54,866 bases of DNA, from contig JANOHV010000053.1 of the NCBI GenBank assembly GCA_031406795.1, forward strand, positions 1 to 54,866. The letters run 5' to 3'. The notes under the pieces were generated by a model, which did no database searches, had not been told where the DNA came from, and saw only the letters and a program-made list of their open reading frames with translations. The stretch is from Candidatus Rokuibacteriota bacterium. GTDB lineage: Bacteria; JAUVQV01; DATDCY01. The position numbers and the translations under genes are program-made. Below are positions 1 to 10,059 of the stretch, piece by piece. Numbering within the stretch: the stretch's first letter is position 1; each line of letters opens with the position of its first letter.

Positions 1-54
1 TTCGGCGAGTTCCTGTGCTGCTAATGCGCGTCTTTGTTCGAGCGTCTCGGTCAT
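1..54 (-). CDS. 5' end of a gene running off the window (MTETLEQRRALAAQELAE...), product unknown
   Basis: ATG at 54 preceded by GGAGG-type RBS on the minus strand; open frame to the window edge; divergent from gap. Confidence 0.5.
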   Translation of the reverse strand, partial: MTETLEQRRALAAQELAE

Positions 55-157
55 GGCATCCTCCCTGTCATTTGAACTGTATGACAGACATGATGCCAGA
101 TCGCAGCCCTATGTCAACTCACACTTTCTTGTCGTGCACCCTGCGGAAATCGCGCGT

Positions 158-187
158 TTGACAGATTTCGGTAAAACCTGCTAAATT
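158..187 (+). promoter_or_regulatory. Sigma70-like promoter of gap operon
   Basis: TTGACA-18 nt-TAAATT with extended TG, about 47 nt upstream of gap ATG. Confidence 0.55.
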
Positions 188-234
188 TCAACGTTCATTT
201 CAGCCAACGCACGACGCACGGGAGGGGTACGGAC

Positions 235-1239
235 ATGGCTATTCGCATCGGTATCAACGGGTTCGGTCGCATCGGTCGTGTTTTCTTCCGCACCCTCACC
301 GGTCATCCCGAGTTCGAGGTGGTCGCGATCAACGACCTGACCGACACCGCCACGCTGGCGCACCTGTTCAAGTACGACTCCGTTCACGGCCGCTTCAACG
401 GCACCGTGTCGGCGGGCGCCGATTCGCTGGTGATCAACGGCCGGACGATCAAGGTTTTCGCCGCCAAGGATCCCGCGGAGCTGCCCTGGCAGGCCCTCGA
501 CGTGCAGTACGTGGTCGAGTCCACCGGCCATTTCACCGACCGCGCCGGCGCCGGCAAGCACCTCGCCGCGGGCGCGAAGAAGGTCATCATCTCCGCCCCG
601 GCCAAGGACCCAGATCTGACCGTGGTCCTCGGCGTCAACGAGGGGACCTACAAACCCGCGGAACACCACATCGTCTCCAACGCCTCCTGCACCACCAACT
701 GCCTCGCCCCGGTGGTCAAGGTGCTGCACGACACGTTCGTCGTGAAGCGCGGCCTGATGACCACCATCCACTCCTACACCAACGACCAGAAGATCCTGGA
801 CTTCCCGCACAAGGACCTGCGCCGGGCGCGCGCCGCCGCGCTCTCGATGATCCCGACCTCCACCGGCGCCGCCAAGGCCATCGGCCTCGTGCTGCCGGAG
901 CTCAAGGGCAAGATCGACGGCTTCTCGATGCGCGTGCCGACGCCGAACGTTTCGGTGGTGGACTTCGTCTGCGACCTCGGCACGGCGACCGACGAGAAGG
1001 CGATCAACGCCGCCCTCAAGGCCGCCGCGGCCGGCCCGATGAAGGGGATCCTCGACTACACCGAGGAGCCGCTGGTCTCCGTCGACTTCAACGGGCACGC
1101 CTGCTCTTCAGTGGTTGACGCCGGCTGCACCAAGGTCGTCGAGGGTACGATGGCCAAGGTCGTCGCCTGGTACGACAACGAGATGGGCTACAGCTGCCGG
1201 CTCCGGGATCTGATCGGGTTCATGGCCGCCAAGGCATAG
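235..1239 (+). CDS. gap: Type I glyceraldehyde-3-phosphate dehydrogenase
   Basis: [10 protein letters not shown], active site [14 protein letters not shown] motifs. Confidence 0.98.
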   Translation: MAIRIGINGFGRIGRVFFRTLTGHPEFEVVAINDLTDTATLAHLFKYDSVHGRFNGTVSAGADSLVINGRTIKVFAAKDPAELPWQALDVQYVVESTGHFTDRAGAGKHLAAGAKKVIISAPAKDPDLTVVLGVNEGTYKPAEHHIVSNASCTTNCLAPVVKVLHDTFVVKRGLMTTIHSYTNDQKILDFPHKDLRRARAAALSMIPTSTGAAKAIGLVLPELKGKIDGFSMRVPTPNVSVVDFVCDLGTATDEKAINAALKAAAAGPMKGILDYTEEPLVSVDFNGHACSSVVDAGCTKVVEGTMAKVVAWYDNEMGYSCRLRDLIGFMAAKA

Positions 1240-1247
1240 CCGATATT

Positions 1248-1368
1248 GTGCGGGCGGGAATGAATCCCGCCCCTGCGACTCGGGTTGGGAATGATGTAGG
1301 GGCGGGATTTACTCCCGCCCGGGATGGTTAACCGGTATTGTTTGGGCGGGAATGAATCCCGCCCCTAC
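1248..1368. repeat. Cluster of GTAG-type REP palindromes
   Basis: GTAGGGGCGGGATTTACTCCCGCCC and inverted GGGCGGGAATGAATCCCGCCCCTAC copies between gap and pgk. Confidence 0.8.
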
Positions 1369-1395
1369 AGACAGGGATCCTGTCGAGGGCGTACG

Positions 1396-2592
1396 ATGCA
1401 CAAGCTGACCATCGAGGACGTCTCCTTCAAGGGCAAGACGGTCTTCGTCCGCGTGGACTTCAACGTCCCGCTGGACGATGACGGCACGATCGTCTCGGAC
1501 ACCCGCATCCGCGCCGCCCTGCCGACGATCAACCACCTGATCGACGAGGGGGCGCGGATCATCATCGCCTCCCACGTCGGGCGCCCCAAGGGGATCGTCA
1601 ACCACAAGTACAGCCTCAAGCCGGTGCACAAGCGACTCGAGCGCCTGCTCGGCAAGCAGGGCGAGATCGCCTTCGCCCCGGACTGCGTCGGGCCGCAGGT
1701 GCGCGAGCTGGCCGAAAAGCTCGGCCCGGGCCAGATCCTGCTGCTGGAGAATCTGCGTTTCCACAAGGCCGAGACCGCCAACGACCCGGCGTTCGCCAAG
1801 GCGCTCGTCGAGGGGTGCGACGTCTTCGTCAACGACGCGTTCGGCACCGCGCACCGCGCCCACGCCTCCACGGCTGGCGTCGCGGCGTTCGTCCCGGTCT
1901 CGGTGGCCGGCTTCTGCATGAAGAAGGAGATCGAGTACTTCGAGCGGGTCATGGTCAGCCCGACGCGCCCGGTGGCGACGATCATGGGCGGCGCCAAGGT
2001 CTCCGACAAGATCGGCGCGATCAACAACCTGCTCGAGCGCATGGACAAGGTGATCATCGGCGGCGGGATGATGTTCACCTTCCTCAAGGCGATGGGCTAC
2101 GAGATCGGGCGCTCCATCGTCGAGGAGAACATGGTCGACACGGCGCGCGGGATCATGGAGCACGCCCGGACCAAAGGGGTGAAGTTCTATCTGCCCGTCG
2201 ACTGCGTCGTGGCCGACAAGGTCGCCCCGGACGCCGAGATCAAGATCGTCCCGGTCCAGGAGATTCCGCCGCTCTGGGCGGGGCTGGACATCGGCCCGGC
2301 CACGATGCGGCTGTTCGCCGAGGCGCTCCAGGACACCCGCACGATCCTCTGGAACGGCCCGATGGGGCTCTTCGAGATGGAACCCTTCTCGCGCGGGACC
2401 TTCTCCCTGGCTCACACGCTCGCTGATTCCTATGCGTTGACGATCATCGGCGGCGGCGACACCGACGTGGCCGTGCACCGCGCCGGGGAGGCTTCCAACA
2501 TGTCCTACACCTCGACGGGGGGCGGCGCCTTCCTCCAGCTCATGGAGGGGATACCGCTCCCCGGCATCGAAGCCCTGACGGAGAAACCATGA
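1396..2592 (+). CDS. pgk: Phosphoglycerate kinase
   Basis: RVDFNVP, NDAFGTAHRAHAS, STGGGA motifs; start moved to ATG 1396 because the upstream extension is REP sequence. Confidence 0.98.
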   Translation: MHKLTIEDVSFKGKTVFVRVDFNVPLDDDGTIVSDTRIRAALPTINHLIDEGARIIIASHVGRPKGIVNHKYSLKPVHKRLERLLGKQGEIAFAPDCVGPQVRELAEKLGPGQILLLENLRFHKAETANDPAFAKALVEGCDVFVNDAFGTAHRAHASTAGVAAFVPVSVAGFCMKKEIEYFERVMVSPTRPVATIMGGAKVSDKIGAINNLLERMDKVIIGGGMMFTFLKAMGYEIGRSIVEENMVDTARGIMEHARTKGVKFYLPVDCVVADKVAPDAEIKIVPVQEIPPLWAGLDIGPATMRLFAEALQDTRTILWNGPMGLFEMEPFSRGTFSLAHTLADSYALTIIGGGDTDVAVHRAGEASNMSYTSTGGGAFLQLMEGIPLPGIEALTEKP

Positions 2593-3350
2593 AAACGCGG
2601 ACCCCGATCCTCGCCGGCAACTGGAAGATGCACCTGACGATCGCCGAGGCGACCGCGCTCGCCCTCGAGCTTCGCGCCGGTTGCGCGGGCCTCGCGGGCC
2701 GCGAGGTGATCGTCGCCCCGGTCTTTACCGCGCTCGCCCCGGTGGCCGTCGCCCTCGCGGGCAGCCCGATCCGGGTGGCGGCCCAGGACTCCCACTGGGA
2801 GGAGAAGGGCGCGTACACCGGCGAGGTTTCCGGCAGCCTGCTCAAGGACGCCGGCTGTTCGGCGGTCATCATCGGCCACAGCGAGCGCCGCCAGCTCTTC
2901 GGCGAAACGGACGAGCAGGTCAACCGGAAGGCGCTCGCCGCGCTGCGCAACGGGTTGCTGCCGATCGTCTGCGTCGGCGAAACCCTCGCGGAGCGCGAAT
3001 CCGGCGCGGTGGAGCAGGTCATCGGCCGCCAGGTGCGCGGCGCTCTCGCCGGCATCGGTCCCGACCAGGTGGCCACGCTGGCGGTCGCCTACGAGCCGGT
3101 CTGGGCCATCGGGACGGGACGCACGGCCACCCCGGCGCAGGCGAACGAGGTGCACGGGTTCATCCGCGGCTTGCTTTCGCAGCTCAACGGCGCTACCGTA
3201 TCTGGCCGGGTCCGCATTCTCTACGGAGGCAGCGTGAAGCCCGACAACGTCGACGAACTGATGCGCGAGCCCGAGCTCGACGGCGTGCTCGTGGGGGGGG
3301 CGGCCCTTCAGGCTGCGTCTTTCCTGCGCATCGTGAACTTCCGGGCCTGA
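2589..3350 (+). CDS. tpiA: Triosephosphate isomerase
   Basis: AGNWKM, GHSERR, AYEPVWAIGTG, YGGSV; ATGA overlap with pgk. Confidence 0.98.
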   Translation: MKTRTPILAGNWKMHLTIAEATALALELRAGCAGLAGREVIVAPVFTALAPVAVALAGSPIRVAAQDSHWEEKGAYTGEVSGSLLKDAGCSAVIIGHSERRQLFGETDEQVNRKALAALRNGLLPIVCVGETLAERESGAVEQVIGRQVRGALAGIGPDQVATLAVAYEPVWAIGTGRTATPAQANEVHGFIRGLLSQLNGATVSGRVRILYGGSVKPDNVDELMREPELDGVLVGGAALQAASFLRIVNFRA

Positions 3351-3392
3351 AAACCCGGGGCAGGCAACGGAAAGGGAACGGACGGAACAAGC

Positions 3393-3746
3393 ATGTATAC
3401 CCTGATGATCATCATTCACGTGGTGGTGAGCCTCGCGCTGATCCTGATCGTGCTGCTGCAGACCGGCAAGGGCGCCGAGATGGGCGCCGGCTTCGGCGGC
3501 GGCTCCAACCAGACGATCTTCGGCAGCCGCGGCGCGGCGACGTTCCTCTCCAAGGTCACGACGGGCGCGGCGGTGATGTTCATGGTCACCTCGCTCTCGC
3601 TCGCCATCATGACGAAGAACCGGAGCAATTCGGTGATCCGCGATACGGCGCCGCGCGCCGCGGCGCCGTCCGCTCCCGCCACCGCCCCGAGTTCGCCCGC
3701 GCTGCCCGCCGCCCCGGTCGCACCGGCGGCTCCGGCCGTGAGGTAG
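3393..3746 (+). CDS. secG: Preprotein translocase subunit SecG
   Basis: Two TM helices, VLLQTGKG...FGGG..FGSRG; canonical position after tpiA. Confidence 0.95.
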   Translation: MYTLMIIIHVVVSLALILIVLLQTGKGAEMGAGFGGGSNQTIFGSRGAATFLSKVTTGAAVMFMVTSLSLAIMTKNRSNSVIRDTAPRAAAPSAPATAPSSPALPAAPVAPAAPAVR

Positions 3747-3753
3747 GCCGGCC

Positions 3754-5415
3754 GTGCGCCGGGCGTCCCGCTTCTGGATCGCGGCCCCGGCGTGGCTGGT
3801 CTGCGCCGGGCTGATCTCGCTGGCGGCGCTGCCGGCGTGCCGGCGCGAGGAATCCGCCAAGCCCGTGCCGTCGTCCCCGGGAGCCGAGTCGGCTCCGACC
3901 CCGGGCGACATGCTGGTCGCCGGCAGCATCGGCGACGCCTCCAACCTGCTGCCGGCGCTGGCCTCGGACGCATCGTCCTTCGACATCATCGGCCTGGTCT
4001 ACAACGGGCTGGTCCGCTACGACAAGGACCTGAAGATCGAGGGCGAACTGGCGTCGTCCTGGGACATCGCCGCCGACGGCCTGCAGATCCTCTTTCACCT
4101 GCGCCCCGGGGTGAAGTGGCACGACGGGGCGGACTTCACCGCGGCCGACGTCGAGTACACCTGGCGCGTCATGACCGACCCGAAGACCCCGACCGCCTAC
4201 GGGGAGGACTTCCGGCAGGTCAAGCGTTTCGAGATCATCGATCCGCTGACTTTCCGCGTCACCTACGACCAGCCCTTCGCGCCGGCCCTGATCTCGTGGG
4301 GTTTCTCGGTGATGCCGAAACACCTGCTCGAGGGCAAGGACATCACCGCCTCGCCCCTCGCCCGCGCCCCCGTCGGCACCGGCCCGTACCGCCTCAAGGA
4401 GTGGAAGACCGGCGAGAAGCTGGTCCTCGAGGCCTACGAGGGGTATTGGGAGGGGCGCCCGAACATCGATCGGTACCTCTATCGGGTCATCCCGGACAGC
4501 GCGACGATGTTCCTCGAACTCTCAGCCGGGAACCTCGACGAGATGGGGCTCGATCCGGTGCAGTACACGCGCCAGACGGACACCGAATCCTTCAAGAAGA
4601 ACTACCGCAAGTACCGCTATCTCGCGGACGCGTACAGCTACCTCGGCTTCAACCTGAAGCTCCCGCTGTTCCAGGACAAGCGGGTCCGCCAGGCGCTCTC
4701 GCACGCCGTCAACAAGCAGGAGATCATCGACATCGTGCTGCTCGGGCTCGGTCAGGAGGCCACGGGCCCGTACAAACCGGGCACCTGGGCGCACAACGCG
4801 GCGGTCAAGCGCTATCCCTTCGACCAGGCGCGGGCGCAGGCGCTGCTGGCCGAGGCGGGCTGGAAGACGAAGGGCCCGGACGGCGTCCTCGTGAACGGGG
4901 GCAAGCGCTTTGCGTTCACGCTGATGACGAACCAGGGGAACAAGACCCGGGCCAAGGCCGCGGAAGTCATCCAGAAGAATCTCAGGGCGGTGGGCATCGA
5001 CGTGTCGATCCGCATCGTCGAGTGGGCGGCGTTCCTCAAGGAGTACGTCAATCCCCGGAAATTCGACGCGGTGATCCTCGGCTGGACCATTCCGCGCGAT
5101 CCCGACGCCTACGACATCTGGCACTCCTCCAAGACCGGCCCGGCCGAGCTCAACCACGTCTCGTTCAAGAACGCCGAGGTGGACGCGCTCCTCGAGAAGG
5201 GACGGCGGACGTTCGACCAGGAAGAGCGCCGCAAGGCCTACGCGCGCTTCCAGGAAATTCTCGCCGAGGAACAGCCCTACGTCTTCCTCTACGTCCCCGA
5301 TGCGCTGCCGATCGTCTCGGCACGGTTCCGGGGCATCGTGCCGGCGCCGGCCGGGATATCGTATAATTTCATCAAGTGGTGGGTGCCGAAGGCGGAACAG
5401 AAGTACACCCGGTGA
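3754..5415 (+). CDS. Peptide/nickel ABC transporter substrate-binding lipoprotein (SBP family 5)
   Basis: Lipobox-like LPAC, VKWHDG-FTAADV, GTGPY, family-5 layout. Confidence 0.92.
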   Translation: MRRASRFWIAAPAWLVCAGLISLAALPACRREESAKPVPSSPGAESAPTPGDMLVAGSIGDASNLLPALASDASSFDIIGLVYNGLVRYDKDLKIEGELASSWDIAADGLQILFHLRPGVKWHDGADFTAADVEYTWRVMTDPKTPTAYGEDFRQVKRFEIIDPLTFRVTYDQPFAPALISWGFSVMPKHLLEGKDITASPLARAPVGTGPYRLKEWKTGEKLVLEAYEGYWEGRPNIDRYLYRVIPDSATMFLELSAGNLDEMGLDPVQYTRQTDTESFKKNYRKYRYLADAYSYLGFNLKLPLFQDKRVRQALSHAVNKQEIIDIVLLGLGQEATGPYKPGTWAHNAAVKRYPFDQARAQALLAEAGWKTKGPDGVLVNGGKRFAFTLMTNQGNKTRAKAAEVIQKNLRAVGIDVSIRIVEWAAFLKEYVNPRKFDAVILGWTIPRDPDAYDIWHSSKTGPAELNHVSFKNAEVDALLEKGRRTFDQEERRKAYARFQEILAEEQPYVFLYVPDALPIVSARFRGIVPAPAGISYNFIKWWVPKAEQKYTR

Positions 5416-5558
5416 GGACCGCCCGGGCGCCCGGTAACCAGGCGGAGACAGGACGGGTAGTACCGGTTGACGGGACGCCGCAGGCCCGTGAACGGGCCGG
5501 AGACCTGCGGCTTGCTCTTTCTACGGACAACTCATGCGACAGAGGAGGGCGAACAGAG

Positions 5559-6092
5559 ATGAAGAAGACAGTCAAGACGCTGGCGGTGGTGCTGGTCGGT
5601 GCGGGGCTCGTGGCGTTTGTCGCGGCTCCGGCGATGTGCGGCGATGATTTCTGCGCGATGGGAGGCACGCTGATCAAGGTGGAGGTCGTCAAGGATAAGG
5701 CGATCGAGTGGGGCAAGGATCGCAAGAAGGCGACCGTCGCGGGCGCGGACGGCGATACCTGGTCGGTGCTCACGCTGAGCAAGTCGGACGACGACATCGC
5801 GGTTCTCGTCGGGCCGGGGACGGTTTTCTTCGGCGTCGCCGGCAAAGGCGGGAACGAAGTGGACGCGCGCGACGCCGAGAAGGTCTTCGGTAAGGACTTC
5901 CGCAAGCTTGCCGAGGCCGTGCAGAAGGAGATGACCGAGCTCTGGAAGGCCGGCGCGGTGAAGATCCAGGGCGCCGATGTCTCGCAGCTCGCGAAGGCGG
6001 CCGCCCTCGGCACGCTGGAGAAGGGCCGGGACTGGGAGCTTACGACTCAGGACTGCAAGGGAATGGATATCGACGCGTCCGATCTGAAGTAG
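5559..6092 (+). CDS. Secreted hypothetical protein
   Basis: GGAGG RBS, N-terminal signal peptide, codon usage typical of real genes here. Confidence 0.75.
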   Translation: MKKTVKTLAVVLVGAGLVAFVAAPAMCGDDFCAMGGTLIKVEVVKDKAIEWGKDRKKATVAGADGDTWSVLTLSKSDDDIAVLVGPGTVFFGVAGKGGNEVDARDAEKVFGKDFRKLAEAVQKEMTELWKAGAVKIQGADVSQLAKAAALGTLEKGRDWELTTQDCKGMDIDASDLK

Positions 6093-6117
6093 TTTTCGCG
6101 CCCACTGGCGCGGCCGA

Positions 6118-6156
6118 CCCGGGGAGCCGCAGAAAATGCGGCCCTCCGGGTTTTTT
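6118..6156 (+). terminator. Rho-independent terminator
   Basis: CCCGGGGAGCCGCA-GAAAA-TGCGGCCCTCCGGG hairpin followed by TTTTTT. Confidence 0.7.
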
Positions 6157-6266
6157 CCGTTGCGGGTGTTGAAACAGACCTCTGCGCCTTGGGAGGGGAT
6201 GAATCCCGCCCGGCTTGCACGTCGCGGGCTGGCGGCCGGGTCCGTTTTTCTCTACAATAACCGGGC

Positions 6267-7250
6267 ATGGCCGTCTACATCGTCCGCCGGATCCTGCTGA
6301 TGATCCCGCTGCTGTTCGGGATCACGGTCATCTCGTTTCTCGTCGTGCACCTGGCGCCGGGCGAGCCGACCGACATGATGACCGATCTGAACCCCAAGGC
6401 CTCGCTCGAGGCGAAAGAGCGGCTGCGCGCCATGTACGGCCTCGACCAGCCGCTGCACGTGCAGTACTGGCAGTGGGTCGGGCGGCTCTCCCGTCTGGAT
6501 TTCGGTACCTCCTTCAGCGCCGATCGGCGGCCGGTGCTCGAGAAGACCCTGGAGCGCATGCCGGTGACCATCGGCCTCAACGTACTCTCGGAAATCTTCG
6601 TGTTCTCGATCGCGTTGCCGATCGGCATTCTCGCCGCGGTACGGCGCGGCTCGCTGTTCGACAAGATCTCGACCGTCGGCGTCTTCTTCTTCTTCTCGGT
6701 GCCGACCTTCTGGCTGGCGCTGCTGGCGATGTTGCTCTTCGGCGTGCGTCTCGGCTGGCTGCCGATCTCGGGGCTGCACTCGCTGGATTACGACCAGCTC
6801 GGCTTCTGGGGCCGCCTTGGCGACCTGGCGCGCCACCTCGTGCTGCCGGTCGTCGTCGGCAGCATCGGCGGACTCGCGGGCATCTCCCGTTTCATGCGCT
6901 CCGGGATGCTCGAGGTCATCCGCCAGGACTACGTGCGGACGGCCCGCGCCAAGGGCGTTCCCGAGGGCCAGGTCATCTGGCGCCACGCGCTGCGCAACGC
7001 CGTGCTGCCGATCATCACGATCCTCGGGCTCTCGATCCCCGGCCTGATCGCCGGATCGGTGATCTTCGAGACGATCTTCGCCATCCCGGGAATCGGCCAG
7101 CTGATGTGGCAGGCCGTCATGGCGCGCGACTATCCGATGATCCTCGGCAACCTCGTGATCTCCGGCGTGCTGACCCTGCTCGGCAATCTGATCGCGGACG
7201 TCGGCTACGTGTTCGCCGACCCGCGGATCTCCTTCGCGGGCCGGAGCTAG
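6267..7250 (+). CDS. Peptide ABC transporter permease (OppB/DppB type)
   Basis: YGLDQP, EAA-like DYVRTARAKG...HALRNA, ADPRI C-terminus. Confidence 0.93.
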   Translation: MAVYIVRRILLMIPLLFGITVISFLVVHLAPGEPTDMMTDLNPKASLEAKERLRAMYGLDQPLHVQYWQWVGRLSRLDFGTSFSADRRPVLEKTLERMPVTIGLNVLSEIFVFSIALPIGILAAVRRGSLFDKISTVGVFFFFSVPTFWLALLAMLLFGVRLGWLPISGLHSLDYDQLGFWGRLGDLARHLVLPVVVGSIGGLAGISRFMRSGMLEVIRQDYVRTARAKGVPEGQVIWRHALRNAVLPIITILGLSIPGLIAGSVIFETIFAIPGIGQLMWQAVMARDYPMILGNLVISGVLTLLGNLIADVGYVFADPRISFAGRS

Positions 7251-7258
7251 GTGCGGGC

Positions 7259-8128
7259 GTGAAACCGCCTCCGCGGGGAGCGGCGCCCCGGCGTTTCGCG
7301 CGGCTGCTCGCCGCGCGGCTGCGCGAGAACAAGCTCGCGATGGCCGGACTCGTGCTGGTCGCCGGCCTGGCCGCCGCGGCGATCGCCGCGCCCTGGATCG
7401 CGCCGCACGACCCGACGGCGATCGACGCGCGCATCATCCTCGCCGGGCCGAGCGCGGAGCACCTGTTCGGGACGGACGACCTCGGCCGCGACGTGCTCTC
7501 GCGGATGATCTACGGGGCGCGCATCTCGCTGGCGGTCGGCTTCGTCTCGGTGGGCATCGCGGTATGCATCGGCACGACGCTCGGGGCGTGCGCCGGCTTC
7601 TTTGGCGGGTTCATCGATTCGCTCGTGATGCGCTTTGTCGACATCATGCTCTGTTTCCCGAGCACCTTCCTGATCCTCACGGTGATCGCGTTCATCGGGC
7701 CGAGCATCTGGAACGTGATGTTCGTCATCGGCATCACCGGGTGGATGGGCGTCTGCCGGCTGGTGCGCGCCGAATTCCTGAGCCTGCGCGAGCGGGACTT
7801 CGTCGTCGCGGCGCGGGCGCTCGGCGCCGGGGACGCGCGGCTGATCTTCCGGCACATCCTCCCCAACGCCATGGCCCCCGTGCTCGTCGCCGCGGTGCTC
7901 GGCGTCGCCGGCGCGATCCTCACCGAAAGCGGCCTCTCGTTTCTCGGCCTGGGCGTGCAGCCGCCGACGCCTTCGTGGGGGAACATCCTGACGGCCGGCA
8001 AGGACAACATCGATGTCGCCTGGTGGCTCTCGTTCTTCCCGGGGATCGCGATCACGGTGACGATGCTCGGCTACAACATGCTCGGCGAGGGCCTCCGCGA
8101 CGCACTGGACCCCCGCCTCTCCGAGTAG
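7259..8128 (+). CDS. Peptide ABC transporter permease (OppC/DppC type)
   Basis: HLFGTDDLGRDV, AARALGA..HILPN, GEGLRDALDP; GTG start approximate. Confidence 0.92.
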   Translation: MKPPPRGAAPRRFARLLAARLRENKLAMAGLVLVAGLAAAAIAAPWIAPHDPTAIDARIILAGPSAEHLFGTDDLGRDVLSRMIYGARISLAVGFVSVGIAVCIGTTLGACAGFFGGFIDSLVMRFVDIMLCFPSTFLILTVIAFIGPSIWNVMFVIGITGWMGVCRLVRAEFLSLRERDFVVAARALGAGDARLIFRHILPNAMAPVLVAAVLGVAGAILTESGLSFLGLGVQPPTPSWGNILTAGKDNIDVAWWLSFFPGIAITVTMLGYNMLGEGLRDALDPRLSE

Positions 8129-8198
8129 GCGCGGAGCGCTTTTCACCTCGGAACGGCGGAGGGGTGGCGCGGAGGGGAGGTCCGCAGCGTCAGGACCC

Positions 8199-9728
8199 CT
8201 ACGGAGCGGTCTTCAGCTTCAGCAGCGCGGCTGAGACCTCTTCGGTCGTCCGGTAGCGCCTCGTGAGATCCTTCTCGGTGCAGCGCTCGATCAACTCGTC
8301 GAGCCAGGGCGGCACGTCCGAGAACAGTTCGCCGGCGCGCTTTGCGCCGAACTTCTCGAGCGTGCCGCCGACCAGTTCGAAGAGGATCACCCCCATCGAG
8401 TAGATGTCGGCCTGGCGGTCCGGCGGCAGGCCGGCCCGGATCTCGGGCGATCGATAGACGGGGCTGCAGGCCGCCGCCTGATCGATGCGGACGTTGTTCT
8501 CCATGTCGATGACGATCGAATCCGGGCTCAGGCAACCGAGGACTGCGTCGGCCCGGTGGCGTTCCGCGAGCGCGCGCATGATCTGCACCCAGAGGCGCAT
8601 GCTGTAACGCGGCTCCATGCGCCCGGCGTGGATCATGCTGCGCAGCGTGAAGACCCGGTGCAGGGGGTCGCCACCGTCGAGCGCGGCGGCAGTCTCGCTC
8701 AGTCGGGCCAGTTCCTCGGGCGACGGCGCCGGCTGCAGCTCCCCTGACTCGAGGATCTCGGGATCCAGATCTCCGGACTCCGCTGCGCCCTCGCCGGCGA
8801 TGGGGACCGCCACGGGGGCTCGCCGGCGGGGCGCAACGGGTTCGTTCGGCCGCTCGCCCGGGGTGCGGAGTTCGAGATCCTGCAGGCCCGAGCGCGCCCG
8901 CGGATCATCGGGCAGGGCTTCGAGCGCGCGGCGGTAGACGGCGATTGCCCGGTCCCGCTCGCCGGCGAGGCCGAGCAGGCGGGCGTAGGCGTTGAAGCGA
9001 TCGGCATTGGCGGCGGTTATCGCCTGCCCGTTCAGCAGCGGCTGGCAGGCCTCGGCCGCTTCGGCATACAACCGCTCCTGCTCGAGCAGCCGCGCGGCGT
9101 AGCCGTGATTGCCCGCGGCCGTATATTCCCGGGCCGCCGCGAGCTTGTTGCCGAAGAGTTCCAGCGCCTGGGCGGCGCGGAGGTGGTCGCCCTTGTTCCG
9201 GAAGATTTTCGCAGCCTCGATGTAGTTGTTCGTCCGCATGTAGATGCCGGCCGCGCGCAAGGCGCTTCCCGAGCGCACGTGCAGCTGGGCGGCGCGCTCC
9301 AGCTCGCCGCCGGCCTCCCAGCACTCGGCGGCGCGCGCGAAGTCCTTGAACTTCTCCCAGCACTCGGCGGCCTTGAGCTTCTCGCCGCCGGCTTCGTAGC
9401 GCTCCGCTGCGGCGCTGAAATTGCCGCGCCGCTCCTCTCCCGCCGCCGCGGCGAGCGGGTCCGCGGGGAGCGCAAGCGGCTCGCTCGCCGTCGCGGAGAA
9501 GGCCTTCCGGTAGACGATGATCGCCACCGCGACGAGGATCAGCACCACCAGCACCCCTGCGATGAGCAGGACGGAATGCAGCGCGGAATCCACCTGTTTC
9601 TGGACCGGGAGCGCCGGGGTGTCGTCGTCGGCGCGCACCAGGCCGCCGAGACTCAAAACGCACCAGAGAAAAGCGCCGCAGACGCGGGGTGACAGAAACC
9701 CGCCACCCCGGACCAACCTTGCGCTCAT
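8199..9728 (-). CDS. Membrane-anchored TPR-like repeat protein with C-terminal degenerate Ser/Thr kinase-like domain
   Basis: Signal/TM segments, AAECWE/AAxxY helical repeats, YRSPE...ADIYSMGVILFELV...C..KD..RRY kinase C-lobe motifs. Confidence 0.75.
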   Translation of the reverse strand: MSARLVRGGGFLSPRVCGAFLWCVLSLGGLVRADDDTPALPVQKQVDSALHSVLLIAGVLVVLILVAVAIIVYRKAFSATASEPLALPADPLAAAAGEERRGNFSAAAERYEAGGEKLKAAECWEKFKDFARAAECWEAGGELERAAQLHVRSGSALRAAGIYMRTNNYIEAAKIFRNKGDHLRAAQALELFGNKLAAAREYTAAGNHGYAARLLEQERLYAEAAEACQPLLNGQAITAANADRFNAYARLLGLAGERDRAIAVYRRALEALPDDPRARSGLQDLELRTPGERPNEPVAPRRRAPVAVPIAGEGAAESGDLDPEILESGELQPAPSPEELARLSETAAALDGGDPLHRVFTLRSMIHAGRMEPRYSMRLWVQIMRALAERHRADAVLGCLSPDSIVIDMENNVRIDQAAACSPVYRSPEIRAGLPPDRQADIYSMGVILFELVGGTLEKFGAKRAGELFSDVPPWLDELIERCTEKDLTRRYRTTEEVSAALLKLKTAP

Positions 9729-9782
9729 TCGCAGATTATAGACGCTCCATGATGAAAGCGACAAGAATGATGGTTGCGATTC

Positions 9783-10030
9783 CGGGCGGGGATCAACCCC
9801 GCCCCTACGAAAAAACGGAGATGCGTAGGGGAGCAGATCAACCCCCGCCCCAAGAAAAATCGGATGTGCGTATGAGCGAAGATCAACCCTCACCCCTACG
9901 AAAAAACGGAGATGCGTAGGGGAGCAGATCAACCCCCGCCCCTACGAAAAACTGAGATGCGTAAGGGAGGCGATCAACCCCGTCTCACGACGAACCGGAT
10001 AGGGGTAGGGGAGGGGTTCACCCCCTCCCG
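9783..10030. repeat. Tandem array of about 45-bp REP-derived units
   Basis: About 5 degenerate copies of GATCAACCCCGCCCCTACGAAAAAACGGAGATGCGTAGGGGAGCA, ending in a GTAGGGGAGGGGTTCACCCCCTCCC REP. Confidence 0.85.
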
Positions 10031-10059
10031 CTTAGCAGATGGGCTGTTTTAGTAGCCTG

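Noticed and set aside
9783-10030. CRISPR array
   Set aside because: Units are tandem with no unique spacers, they are REP-derived, and no cas genes are present
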